From assembly GCA_051961575.1 (NCBI GenBank), contig JBQCDC010000453.1, forward strand, positions 1 to 57,659: a stretch of 57,659 nt of DNA, given 5' to 3'. The notes beneath the pieces were generated by a model. It did not search any database and was not told the DNA's origin. It saw only the letters and a program-made list of their open reading frames with translations. The first letter of the stretch is position 1. Every line of letters starts with the position of its first letter. The translations under genes were made by a program, and so were the position numbers. Below, piece after piece: positions 25,843 to 35,575 of the stretch. Origin of the DNA: Marmoricola sp. GTDB taxonomy: Bacteria; Actinomycetota; Actinomycetes; Propionibacteriales; Nocardioidaceae.

Positions 25843-26961
25843 TTAGAACACGGGCGGGGTGTTGAACGTGTACTCGACGGTCTGCACACCCTCGGAGGGG
25901 AGGTTGACCTTGTAGGCGACGACCCGCCACCACTGGGCGAGCCCGTTCGGGAACCACTGGCATGCCGGGGCCTGCAGGAGAACGTCGTCCCCGATGGACA
26001 CACCGCCGAGGGGCAGGGTCGGGTGGTCGATCGGCAGCACCACCGTGGGCGCGGCGGGGGGCTGCCCGAACACGGTGACGAGGCCGTTGGCGATGTTGTC
26101 CAGCTGCGCCTGCTGGCTGATCTGCGAGAACTGGTACACCTGCTGGAACAGGGGCGACTGGCCGAGGCCCCCGTACGGGCGGTTGCTGGTCTTGACGGAC
26201 TTCGGCTGGGCGCCCCCGGACCCGGCGCCGACGACGATCGCCTGGTTCCCCATGCGCTGGGCGTCGGTGGACCACTTCCACGACAGGGCCCTTGTGAGGT
26301 CCACGGACCAGCCGGAGGAGTTCTTGTCCCGGCCCGCCCTTGGGGCGTTGATGAACATGGTGTGGACGGGCTGGGATGCGGTGTTGAACTGGTGGGCGAG
26401 CCACCAGTCGATGCCGCCGGTGCCGGGGACGACGGCGGCGGTCATGTCCGCGAGGATCTGCGCGGCGGTCACGTACTGGGTGGAGGCGTAGTTCGGGGTG
26501 ATGGGCGCCGGCGGGTTCGACAGGGACAGCTGCGGGGTGATGAAGAGGTTCTGGCCCCGGTTGGCCTGCACGTTGTTCAGTACGGTCGCGATCAGCTGTG
26601 CGGGGCTGATGGCGGTGTTGTAGGTGACGGTGGAGGCCATCTCCGCCAACGCCGAGGTCAGCCCGGCCCCGGAAAGCTTCAGGAGCATTCCGTTAGACGT
26701 GTCCGAGGTGAGTTCGCTGCGGTACACGAACCCGGCGTGCATGATCTGCGAGCCAACGTGGAACAGGATCTTGAACGGGTTGCCACCCAACGACTGGATC
26801 ACCGATGCGGGGGAGGACGTGCGGGCATCCGCAAGGTCGATGCTCAGGGACAGTTCCCCGGCGTCGTTCAGCCGCACCCCGTAGTCGGCGGTCACGAACG
26901 GCAGGTGGGTGAGCAGGGTGTTGGTGTTGAAGTCCCACGCGGAGGCGGTGACGAACGCCAC
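25843..26961 (-). CDS. Baseplate hub (Tal-like) minor tail protein
   Basis: LND.G.L.L, GD.V and WRV motifs; follows Dit. Confidence 0.78.
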   Translation of the reverse strand: MAFVTASAWDFNTNTLLTHLPFVTADYGVRLNDAGELSLSIDLADARTSSPASVIQSLGGNPFKILFHVGSQIMHAGFVYRSELTSDTSNGMLLKLSGAGLTSALAEMASTVTYNTAISPAQLIATVLNNVQANRGQNLFITPQLSLSNPPAPITPNYASTQYVTAAQILADMTAAVVPGTGGIDWWLAHQFNTASQPVHTMFINAPRAGRDKNSSGWSVDLTRALSWKWSTDAQRMGNQAIVVGAGSGGAQPKSVKTSNRPYGGLGQSPLFQQVYQFSQISQQAQLDNIANGLVTVFGQPPAAPTVVLPIDHPTLPLGGVSIGDDVLLQAPACQWFPNGLAQWWRVVAYKVNLPSEGVQTVEYTFNTPPVF

Positions 26962-26973
26962 GAGGGCCCCCTT

Positions 26974-27924
26974 TTAGACGGTGGAGTAGGCGGGCAGCAG
27001 GTAGCCGGTCAGTGTCCCGGCGATGGCAGTGCCGTCCGTGGAGGTGAACCGGATGGTGGTGCTGCCCGGGGCGACGGTGAAGAACGTCGAGGCCGGGTCC
27101 ACGATGTTGTTCCGGTTCGCGGACCCGTTCAACGTGACCGCACCGTTCTGGCAGTCCACGGTGATCGTGTCGGACGCCCCCAACGTGGTGTTGAGCTTGA
27201 CCTGGGCGCCGGTGGTGGCGTTGACGATGGCCGGGTTGGTGCAGGGGCCGGTGATCTTGAAGAACGGCGCGGTGGCGTAGAGGCCGGTGTTGTTCAGGGT
27301 CAGGGTGCCGCCCGAGCTCGCGCCGAAGACGAAGTTCGGGGTGGCGTTGAACGTGAGCCCGGACGTGGGGTTCGGCAGCCCGGTGGAGGCGTAGACGATG
27401 TTGGAGTCGTAGACGAGCCCGTCAGTGCAGGTGAACTCCGTGGGGATCGTCAGGTCGCCCCACTGGAACGACGTGTCGATGGGCAGGTCCATCTTCGTCG
27501 GGCGCCCGAACACCAGCAGCGGGTACGCCCGGTTGGGGAGCTGGACCTGCATGGAGGAGACGGGGGTGTTCGACCCGAGGGCGTACTGGCGGAGGAAGTC
27601 CCCGGCGCGGAGGATCACGGTGGAGGGGTCGATGATGTTCTGCCACGCCGCCGACAGCTGCGCCAAAGCGGCCTCGGTGGTCCCACTGGGCCGGATGATG
27701 CGCCAGTCCACCTGCACGGTTCGGGAGCCGAGCAGGTTGAACCCGGGATACGTGCCGTCCTGCTGCGCCTTCGGCTGATCCCCTTGGCGGACCCCGAGCA
27801 GGGACCGGAGACCCCGGATCGCCTGCACGTTCACGTCCGTGCCCGCGCCGAGGACGATGCCCGTGATGGAGAGGTAGATCTGGTACGGGTTCAGTGTGAC
27901 CGGGGCGTAGACAACCGCTGGCAT
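26974..27924 (-). CDS. Distal tail (Dit-like) protein
   Basis: LNNTG...P...ITGP..NP.I.N motifs. Confidence 0.78.
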   Translation of the reverse strand: MPAVVYAPVTLNPYQIYLSITGIVLGAGTDVNVQAIRGLRSLLGVRQGDQPKAQQDGTYPGFNLLGSRTVQVDWRIIRPSGTTEAALAQLSAAWQNIIDPSTVILRAGDFLRQYALGSNTPVSSMQVQLPNRAYPLLVFGRPTKMDLPIDTSFQWGDLTIPTEFTCTDGLVYDSNIVYASTGLPNPTSGLTFNATPNFVFGASSGGTLTLNNTGLYATAPFFKITGPCTNPAIVNATTGAQVKLNTTLGASDTITVDCQNGAVTLNGSANRNNIVDPASTFFTVAPGSTTIRFTSTDGTAIAGTLTGYLLPAYSTV

Positions 27925-27986
27925 GTGTCATGCCCCTTTCGCCCGATATGATCGGGATCAACAAGTCGGGTAAATCAGGGGGAAAC

Positions 27987-28718
27987 GTGCGCCCAAGCCG
28001 CGCCAAGCTCATCGGCCTCGCCGTGCTAGCCGTCGTCACGCTCGCAGTGGTCGCGTTTGCCTTCGCGGCCCGCCCGACGGTCGCCCGGAACGTGCAAGTC
28101 GCGTACACGCCGCGGGCCCTATTCCCATCGACTCCGGACGCGAAAATCCCGGTCGCCGCATTCATCGGGGACTCGTACACGCAAGGCTTCGGCGCGGCGC
28201 CCGGCAATCCGTGGACTGATGTGCTCGCCTCGGCTGAGGGATGGGACGTGGTGAACCTCGGGCGCGGAGGGACCGGCTACCTGGCCGCTGTCGGCGCGGA
28301 CAACGCCATGAACGCCTGCAACCGGACCACATGCCCCAACTACCTGCAGATGGTCCCCGAGGCCGTCAAAGCGAACCCTGACATCGTGGTCGTGGCAGGT
28401 GGCCGCAACGACGGGAAGACCTTCACGCCCGAACTCGCGGCCAACGTCAAGGCGGTGTTCGCCGAACTCCACAAGGACCTGCCGAACGCGAAGATCTACG
28501 CCGTCTCACCGATCCTCGGCGCCGACGACAGCGCCGCCTCGTTCCCCGATCTGAAAGCAGCCGTGAAGTCCTCGGTGGAGGCCGTGGGCGGCCGCTATCT
28601 CGACATCGGGCCGCTGTTCGGCGGGCACCCGGAGCTGATCGGCCCAGACAACGTGCACCCCAACACGGCCGGTCACACGTACCTCGGTCAAGCTGTGGCG
28701 AAGGCCCTCGGCTCTTAG
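27987..28718 (+). CDS. Membrane-anchored SGNH/GDSL esterase (moron)
   Basis: N-terminal TM; GDSY, GRGGTG, GGRND and DNVHP; own promoter GTGTCA-N16-TATGAT (27925-27952). Start could be as far upstream as 27930. Confidence 0.85.
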   Translation: MRPSRAKLIGLAVLAVVTLAVVAFAFAARPTVARNVQVAYTPRALFPSTPDAKIPVAAFIGDSYTQGFGAAPGNPWTDVLASAEGWDVVNLGRGGTGYLAAVGADNAMNACNRTTCPNYLQMVPEAVKANPDIVVVAGGRNDGKTFTPELAANVKAVFAELHKDLPNAKIYAVSPILGADDSAASFPDLKAAVKSSVEAVGGRYLDIGPLFGGHPELIGPDNVHPNTAGHTYLGQAVAKALGS

Positions 28719-29935
28719 ACCAGCCCGAGCAGGTCGGTGAGGCCGGTTACGTTGAACACGCCGACCTCGCCGATCTGGAAGTTCACGTTCAGCCCGGTGG
28801 GGATCGTCATGCGGGTGCCGAAGGTCAGCGATGTGGTCGCGGCCGGGACTGTGAACAGGTCGCAGATGGGGCCGGGGTTGAGGACCGCCGAGGGGCCGTT
28901 GAAGTTGTAGAGCGTCGTCATGTCGCTGCTCTTGAACATGCGGACCGAGAAGTCCGCTGTCGGCGCCGCACCCTGCATGGCGGTGAGGTAGCCGCCGCCA
29001 ATGTCTGTGATGAGGGTCCGCGCCGTCACCAGCAGCGTGTCGCCGGGGGCGAACCCCGTGGTCAGGGTGCACACCCGGTAGCGGGTGCCGCCCGTCGTGG
29101 CGTTCCACGCCACGGTGCCCCACTGGCCGGCGGCGAGCGTGCCGGTCGTATCGGCGGCGACAGATACGGTGGGTGCCGTCCCGGTTCCGCCGGACTGCTC
29201 GAACCATGGGCCGGAGTAGTTCGACAGGAATAGCGGGTTGCTGATCATGTTGAATGCGGTCACGGTCTGGACCACGTGCAGCGGGGTGGCGAGGCCGTTG
29301 AACGCGGTGGCGAACGCTTGGGCGATCTTCTGGTGGCCCTGCGTCTCGGGGTGGATGCCGTCCCCGGAGTCGTACCCGGAGAGCATGGTTTCCGCGCCCG
29401 AGGCGACAAGTCCGGCGTTGACTGCCGCGACTCGGACACCGTTAGATGGCGCCCACGCGTTGATCCACGCGTTGTACTGGGCCACGAGGAGGGATTTCGC
29501 CGTGGTCACGGCGCTCGCGCCGAACGGCGGGACCGTCCCGATGATGACCGGTATGCCGTCCTTTCGGGCCTCGGCCACGATCGCCTTGATGTTCGCCGCG
29601 TAGGTTGCCAGGGGGACGCCTTGGTTGGCGTCGTTGGTCCCGGCGAGCAGGAACAGCACCTGTGCGCCGTTGGCCCGGACATCGGTGGCGTAGCGGGCGA
29701 GCATCTGCGCCGAGGTCTGGCCCGGGACGCCCTTCTCCATCGACTTGGACGAGACGAGCGAGGTGCCGAGGATGCGGGGAAGCTGGTCCACCCATCGGCG
29801 CCCCGCTGCCGCGTTCGAGCCGTGCGTGATGGAGTCGCCGAGGAAAGCGGCCTTGACCCCGGGGGCCGTGGCGTACGGGCGCTGCCCGGGGGCTGGCTGG
29901 GTTGCGAACGTCGGGATCTGGCTGCCGAAGATCAT
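28715..29935 (-). CDS. Tail-associated SGNH/GDSL esterase with C-terminal beta-sandwich
   Basis: GDSIT, GVPGQTS, GTND and DGIHP; no signal peptide; ATGA-coupled to the upstream gene. Confidence 0.85.
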   Translation of the reverse strand: MIFGSQIPTFATQPAPGQRPYATAPGVKAAFLGDSITHGSNAAAGRRWVDQLPRILGTSLVSSKSMEKGVPGQTSAQMLARYATDVRANGAQVLFLLAGTNDANQGVPLATYAANIKAIVAEARKDGIPVIIGTVPPFGASAVTTAKSLLVAQYNAWINAWAPSNGVRVAAVNAGLVASGAETMLSGYDSGDGIHPETQGHQKIAQAFATAFNGLATPLHVVQTVTAFNMISNPLFLSNYSGPWFEQSGGTGTAPTVSVAADTTGTLAAGQWGTVAWNATTGGTRYRVCTLTTGFAPGDTLLVTARTLITDIGGGYLTAMQGAAPTADFSVRMFKSSDMTTLYNFNGPSAVLNPGPICDLFTVPAATTSLTFGTRMTIPTGLNVNFQIGEVGVFNVTGLTDLLGLV

Positions 29936-30624
29936 GCGTGCACCGTCCCGGTCACCACGATGTCGAGGGCCCCGGCCGTGCCCGCGTATCCGGAGATGAT
30001 GTCCCCGGGTCCGAGCATGGCGCCACCGATGAAGTCCTTGAGCAGTAGCGTGTCGTTCGGCTGGATCGTCTGGGAGTGGATGACGCGGTGGGTGCCGTCG
30101 CCGAGGGTGCCGCCCGCCTTGACGAGAGACAGGTACACGGTGACCGCGGCGGCGAAGTTGCTCACCGTGGGCGGGGAAACGCTGGAACCAGTCGCGCCGG
30201 TGTCGGTGAAGCTGGTGGAGGCCGTGTTGTACTGGACGTTCTCCCCGCCGGAGGTGGTGCCGCGGTAGACATTGTAGGAGGCCGCGCCGGGGACAGCGGT
30301 CCATGAGAGCGGCTGGGACGAGGTGGTGCCGGTGGTGGTTGCTGTCACCTCGTTCGAGGCGAGGGTTTCACCGGACGCCGACTTCGCAGTCACCTTCCAG
30401 TAGTAGGTGGCTGCCGCGAGGGTCCCGCCTGTGGTCGAGGTGGTCCCGAGTGTGAGTGTGGGGGGCCCGGTGAGGCTCATGACGTTGCAGATCGAGCCCT
30501 GCGCGACCTTCACCGACGTGCTAGCCGCCACGGTGTACAGGGCTGCGTCCGTGGTCCCGAGCTGCTGGGAGACGAGCACCTGCGGGCTGATCGACGCGGC
30601 GCCGAGGATGTTGTTACCGGCCAT
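29932..30624 (-). CDS. Virion protein with inserted FN3/Ig-like domain
   Basis: TYYWKVTA...GET.AS...LSWTAVPGAASYNVYR. Confidence 0.78.
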   Translation of the reverse strand: MAGNNILGAASISPQVLVSQQLGTTDAALYTVAASTSVKVAQGSICNVMSLTGPPTLTLGTTSTTGGTLAAATYYWKVTAKSASGETLASNEVTATTTGTTSSQPLSWTAVPGAASYNVYRGTTSGGENVQYNTASTSFTDTGATGSSVSPPTVSNFAAAVTVYLSLVKAGGTLGDGTHRVIHSQTIQPNDTLLLKDFIGGAMLGPGDIISGYAGTAGALDIVVTGTVHA

Positions 30625-30627
30625 GGG

Positions 30628-31077
30628 TCAGCCTCCGAAGACGATAGCGAGAGCGGCAGCGGCACCGGTCTGATAACCGGTCCAGAAAGAAGCGTTGTAG
30701 CTTGACGCGGACGTGTGGTTGGCGTTGCACACCACGAGCGTCCCGCCCGGTTCGATCACGGCCTGACCGACCGTGTAGTACGTGTTGGCGGCCCATGGGA
30801 CGACGGGGTTGGCCTGCGAGCACGGCACCGTCCACGCATACACATGGTTCGGGGTGTCCGAGACCACCACCGTCTGGTACTGGGCTTGGGCGAAGGAAGG
30901 GAACACGCCCAGCGCACCCGAGTTCAGGTTCGCGAGCGTGTTCCCCAACGTGTCCGTGATCGCCAACGGTGACGTGAACGACGTGTCCCCGGGTGCGTAC
31001 ACCTGGAACACCGTGTTCCGCACCACCGCGTTCGTGCCCGGGTTGAACGCCACCATCGACGGGTACTGGTACGCCAC
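30628..31077 (-). CDS. Virion protein with ChW/CBM5-12-like motif
   Basis: PWAANTYYTVGQAV...C...HTS. Confidence 0.7.
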   Translation of the reverse strand: MAYQYPSMVAFNPGTNAVVRNTVFQVYAPGDTSFTSPLAITDTLGNTLANLNSGALGVFPSFAQAQYQTVVVSDTPNHVYAWTVPCSQANPVVPWAANTYYTVGQAVIEPGGTLVVCNANHTSASSYNASFWTGYQTGAAAALAIVFGG

Positions 31078-31090
31078 TGTGTTCCTTCGC

Positions 31091-34000
31091 TTAGTTTTGG
31101 TTGCGGAGCGCCCAGCCGACCTCGGAGGCGATCTGGTGCGGAGACGCGTTCGTTACGGCGTTGACCACGACCGAAGGACCACCAGCCATGGCCGGGGCGT
31201 TCACCCGCGGCACTTGGCCGGCGTTGATCTGGTCGAGGTACGGCACACCCACACGGGCCACCGAGGACGCCTTCACCACGTACTCGCCATTGGAGAGCAT
31301 CGCGGGGATGCTGTCGGAAGTGCCGGTTCCGGGGCCGAAGACGGGCCCGTTGAACCCGCCCACGGCGAAGTGCCGGATCAGGCCTCCGTCCTTGTGCCCC
31401 GGGGTGCTGTACGCGTTCCCGGAGGCGTACTGGTTCGCCTGGTTCATCGAGTTCACTTGGGCGATCTGCGCCGAGGCGTCCTGAGCGTGGGCCTGCAGGT
31501 CAGCGATCTGCGCCTTGACGGCCGCGATCTGGTTCGCGTCATAGGAGACCGCGACGTGGACCACGACCGGGTTGTCGCCCTGACCAGGGATGCTGTTGAC
31601 CGCGGCCGTGGTCTCTCCGGCCTTCTGCTTCGCGTAGTCGGACATCCACGTGTTGATGTCCACCCCGGGCGGGATCTGCATCACCTGACGGGCCAGATCA
31701 TCGGCCTTGCCCCCGGTGATGCCCATCTGGTGGGCGGAGTCAACGAGGTTTTTATAGGTCTGTCCGAGGGCGTCCTGAACCTGCTTCTGCGCGTCCACCC
31801 CGGTGCCCTGGATGCTGTTCGCGAAGTCGAGGCCCTTCCGCATGACGTTCTCGAACTGGTCGTTCAGGTTCCGGCCCGCGTCGGTGGTCAGGTCGAAGTC
31901 GGTGGCGTTCTTGTTCAGGCCTTCGCCGACCTTGTGCCCGTCCGCGACGAACTGGTCCATGTACGCCTTCGCGTCATCCATGGCCTTGTTCATCGCCGCC
32001 TGAGCGTCGCGCTGGTTCACCGTGGCAAGCCCTGCGGCTTCCATGCCCTGCCGGACCTTGTCGAGGTCCGTCACCAGCCCATCAGCGGACACGCCAGCGT
32101 CATCGAGGGACTTCTGCAGCTGCGGGGTGATCGGCTTGACGTTCCCGGCGGCGTCCGTGTACTTCTGGGTCGCGCCCATCGCGTCGAGCATCTTCTGGGG
32201 CACCTTGCCCATGGCGTACTCGAGGAGTTCCTGATCCGACAGCTGCACCCCGACGGCGGCGGCCTGATCCTTGAGGGCCTGCGTGTACCCGGGCATCGTG
32301 TCGAGGGCGTCCTGCGCGGACTTGCCGTTCTGGACGAACTTCCCGGCGAGGTTGTCGAACGCCTTCGCCGCCACATCGACGGACCCGCCTTGGACCATCT
32401 GGCCCAACTGGTCGCCCACGGACTTGAATCGGTCCTGCAGCTGCCCGATGTCGGACTTCGTTGCCCCCACGGACCCGCGGAGGCCGTCGAAGAAGTTCGA
32501 GAACTGCCCGTACCCGTCCACGTGGGTCAGCTGGGACACGGCCTGGTCGAGGCTCTGCACGTTGACCGTGGTCATCCCGGCGGAGGTGCGCCACTGGGAG
32601 AACTGCTGGTCGAGCTCCATCTGCCCGACCTTCGACCCGGCGTCGGAGAAGTCCACGAGGGCCTTCTTCATCTTCTCCGTGTCGATCGTCACCTCTTGTG
32701 ACATCGAGTCGAGGATCTGCAGGCCGATGACGGCGCCGGTCGCGGCCGCGCCGAGGCCGCCGAGCACGGGAAGGGCGCCCTTGATCGCGCCGCCGAACTT
32801 CGCCATCCGAGTGGAGTTGACCTCGGCCGCTGTCCCTGCGGTCGAGAAGCCCATGTGGACTTCGGAGGCCATGTTCGTGATGGCCTTGCCGAGGCTCATG
32901 GCGTCCTGCACGACCGACACGGCGGTCTTGCCCATCTTGATCCCGAGGTTCGTGACGGAGATGAGCATGGCCCCGCCGACGATCCCCGCCGCGGCGAGCA
33001 GGACGGGGTTGCCCTTCTCGAAACCGTGGATCAGGTCCGTGACGCCGCCCATGAGCTGCTGCGCGACCGGCAGGAGGCGGGTGCCGAGCTCGATGCCGAG
33101 GTTCCCGGCGGCCTGCTTCGTCATGTCCAGTTGGACAGCGAACGTGTTCTGCGTCTGCGCCCACGTCGAGATGTGCTGGCCGTTCTGGTCCTCGGCGTCC
33201 GTGATCCGCTTGATGTTGTTCTCGAACTCGGTCGAGTTGTTCATCAGTAGCATCATGGCTGTGCGGGCGCCCGTGATGCCGCCGGCGGCCCGGTTCCACA
33301 TGCCCACGTACGTCATCAGGGCCGGGTTGCCGGACTTGAGGAGGTCGTTCACGCCCATGGACGACTTCGCAAGGCCAAGGAACTGGTTCCCGAGCGCGGC
33401 GGCCGAGCCGCCCATGCCCTTGAAGCCCTTCTGGTACGCGGCCTGCGACACGGTGCCGTCCATGAACCCGCTGGAGAGCTTCGCCAGATCCGGGGGCATC
33501 TGCGCGATGATCTTCTGCAGGTCATCCGCGGCGGACTTCGATTTGTTCATCGCGTCCTGCACGATGAGCCCATCAGGGCCCATGTGGTCCTTGATGTGCT
33601 GGTCCATCAACTGCAGGGTGCCCAGCAGGCCCCGGCCGCCGTTCTCGTCACCGATGTTCTTCGACAGGTCCGTGACATCGATGCCCATCTGCTGCATCGC
33701 CTTCGACGCGATGTTGCTGGGCCGTTCGAGCTGGGTGAGGAGGTTCGCGAGGTTCTGGGAGGACTGCTGCGCGGACTCGCCGTGCTGCGTCATCGTCGCC
33801 AACGCGCCGCCCACCTGCGCGAAGGACAGGTGCGCCACCGACGCGGTCGGCACGATCGCCGCCATCGACGCCGCGAAGTCCTGCATCGTGGTCTTCGCCA
33901 GACCCGACGCCGCCACCAAACCGTTCGTGACGGACACGGCTTGGTCCGCGCCCTTGCCGTAATCCAACAGCACGTCCGTGACGGCCTGCGTCATCGTGGC

Positions 34001-34861
34001 GAGGTCGACGTTCTCGGCCTTCGCGCCCTCCGCCGCCGCACGCAGCACCTTGAGCCCATCGGCGCCGTGGTACCCGGCCTTCTCCATCACGTACATGCCC
34101 TCGGACAGCTGGTCCGTGGCCGTGCCCGTGTCCGCCGCGATCCCCATGATCCCGGTCCGCACCGCGCCCAGCTGCGCCTGCGACTCCCCGCCGGCGGTGA
34201 CGAGCAGCTCGGTGGACTTCTGGAACTTGGAGGCTTCCTCCACGGCTGCGACGCCGATGATCCCGGCCGCGACGACCGCGGCACCGGAGATGACGTTGGA
34301 GGCTTCGACGATGGACTTGCCGTTGGCCTTGTGCTTCGCCGCCATGGCGTCCGACGCTGCGCCTTGGGCGGCGAACGACCGGATTTCCGCATCCGAGGAT
34401 GCTTGGACGGCGGCGGCGGCTTCCTTCTGCGCGGTAGCGGTGGCCTTGACCGCTGCGGCTTCCTCTTTCTCCGCTGCGGTGATCGCGGCGGCGGCCCTCT
34501 CCGCGGCGGCGGCCTGCTCCTGCGCGGCCTCCTGCGCGGTGATCGAACCCTCGGCCATGGCCTTGTTGATGGCCTGGATGGAGGCCTGCTCCTGCTCCGC
34601 GGCGGCCTTCACGGCGGCGGCGGTGCGTTCCGCGGCGACCTGCTGGGCTTTCGCTGCGGCGTCCGCGGCTGCGACCTTCTGGTCGGCTGCGGCCTTGGCC
34701 TCCGTCGCGGCTTCCTTCGCGGCCGCCACCTCACGCTGGGATGCGGCCACGGCCTTGTCGGCCATCTCCCGGGCGGACTCGCCCACCCGCTTCATCTCCG
34801 CGATGGCCTGAGTGCCCTCGGCCCGGAGCTCCATCAGGACAGGGGGCAGGAACGACGGCAC
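31091..34861 (-). CDS. Tape measure protein
   Basis: 1256 aa, Ala-rich and helical; C-terminal GPGTGTSDSIPAMLSNGEYV. Confidence 0.93.
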   Translation of the reverse strand: MPSFLPPVLMELRAEGTQAIAEMKRVGESAREMADKAVAASQREVAAAKEAATEAKAAADQKVAAADAAAKAQQVAAERTAAAVKAAAEQEQASIQAINKAMAEGSITAQEAAQEQAAAAERAAAAITAAEKEEAAAVKATATAQKEAAAAVQASSDAEIRSFAAQGAASDAMAAKHKANGKSIVEASNVISGAAVVAAGIIGVAAVEEASKFQKSTELLVTAGGESQAQLGAVRTGIMGIAADTGTATDQLSEGMYVMEKAGYHGADGLKVLRAAAEGAKAENVDLATMTQAVTDVLLDYGKGADQAVSVTNGLVAASGLAKTTMQDFAASMAAIVPTASVAHLSFAQVGGALATMTQHGESAQQSSQNLANLLTQLERPSNIASKAMQQMGIDVTDLSKNIGDENGGRGLLGTLQLMDQHIKDHMGPDGLIVQDAMNKSKSAADDLQKIIAQMPPDLAKLSSGFMDGTVSQAAYQKGFKGMGGSAAALGNQFLGLAKSSMGVNDLLKSGNPALMTYVGMWNRAAGGITGARTAMMLLMNNSTEFENNIKRITDAEDQNGQHISTWAQTQNTFAVQLDMTKQAAGNLGIELGTRLLPVAQQLMGGVTDLIHGFEKGNPVLLAAAGIVGGAMLISVTNLGIKMGKTAVSVVQDAMSLGKAITNMASEVHMGFSTAGTAAEVNSTRMAKFGGAIKGALPVLGGLGAAATGAVIGLQILDSMSQEVTIDTEKMKKALVDFSDAGSKVGQMELDQQFSQWRTSAGMTTVNVQSLDQAVSQLTHVDGYGQFSNFFDGLRGSVGATKSDIGQLQDRFKSVGDQLGQMVQGGSVDVAAKAFDNLAGKFVQNGKSAQDALDTMPGYTQALKDQAAAVGVQLSDQELLEYAMGKVPQKMLDAMGATQKYTDAAGNVKPITPQLQKSLDDAGVSADGLVTDLDKVRQGMEAAGLATVNQRDAQAAMNKAMDDAKAYMDQFVADGHKVGEGLNKNATDFDLTTDAGRNLNDQFENVMRKGLDFANSIQGTGVDAQKQVQDALGQTYKNLVDSAHQMGITGGKADDLARQVMQIPPGVDINTWMSDYAKQKAGETTAAVNSIPGQGDNPVVVHVAVSYDANQIAAVKAQIADLQAHAQDASAQIAQVNSMNQANQYASGNAYSTPGHKDGGLIRHFAVGGFNGPVFGPGTGTSDSIPAMLSNGEYVVKASSVARVGVPYLDQINAGQVPRVNAPAMAGGPSVVVNAVTNASPHQIASEVGWALRNQN

Positions 34862-34870
34862 AGGGGGCTC

Positions 34871-35308
34871 CTAGAATTTGATGATGCGGGACCAGTTCGC
34901 GGTCGCGATGGCCCCGGCCTTGGCGCGGACCCTCTTGGCGGCCGGCCCGAAGTACGGGTACGCCCCCGAACGGGAGCGCGGGTTGCCGAGCTCGATGGCG
35001 CGGGCGTACACGGTGGACGGGCCCACCCGTGTGGAGTAGATCGCGGGGCCGATCGCTTTGATGCCGTCCGACTGGATGGAGCGGCGCAGCGTGCCGGTGA
35101 CCACGTTCGGGTACCCGTTCGCTGAGGAGATGTGGGGGCGGCCCTTGGCGTGGGAGCCGGAGAAGTTCGCCTGCGCCTCTTTGATCAGGTCCAGCGCGAG
35201 GAGTTCGACGTTGGACCGGGCGGCGAGGGCGGCCTGCCCCATGCCGCGGGTCAGGGCGGCCTCAAGGTCGCCCAGCCCGCGGACCGCGAACCTCGGGATG
35301 ACGCTCAC
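34871..35308 (-). CDS. HK97 gp10-like tail-completion protein
   Basis: PNVVTGTLRRSI, YARAIELG and PYFGPA motifs. Confidence 0.8.
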   Translation of the reverse strand: MSVIPRFAVRGLGDLEAALTRGMGQAALAARSNVELLALDLIKEAQANFSGSHAKGRPHISSANGYPNVVTGTLRRSIQSDGIKAIGPAIYSTRVGPSTVYARAIELGNPRSRSGAYPYFGPAAKRVRAKAGAIATANWSRIIKF

Positions 35309-35575
35309 GACACGCTCACCCCCGGGGTGTCCTCCTGCGCCCTGAGCACGTTCAGCTTCTGCCGCTCCACGGCGACCTCCTCACGGGCACGGTCGATGCG
35401 GAACATGCCCTCCACCACGAACTTCGGGGTGTCGAGGTAGTCCTGCCATGTGGCGGACGGGAAGCGTTTCGTGAACGCGTCGAAGATCAGGAGGTCTTGG
35501 AAGTCCTCCGGGATTTCGGACCAGTCGCGCTCGCCCCGGATGTAGTCCTTGAACTTCCGGAGCGCCCAGTAGGGG
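35305..35575 (-). CDS. Tail assembly chaperone, frameshift (GT) extension
   Basis: The -1 frame reads YWALRKF...WQDYLDTP..VVE and has no clear start of its own. Confidence 0.65.

Noticed and set aside
24673-27951. 1092-aa plus-strand ORF (also 22478..24526, 44022..47366, 35721..37910, 30782..32701)
   Set aside because: Antisense shadows of clear minus-strand structural genes in high-GC DNA; no recognisable motifs.
34380-34760. Ala-rich repeat related to the terminal hexamer tract
   Set aside because: Ordinary helical N-terminus of the tape measure protein; not a periodic nucleotide repeat.
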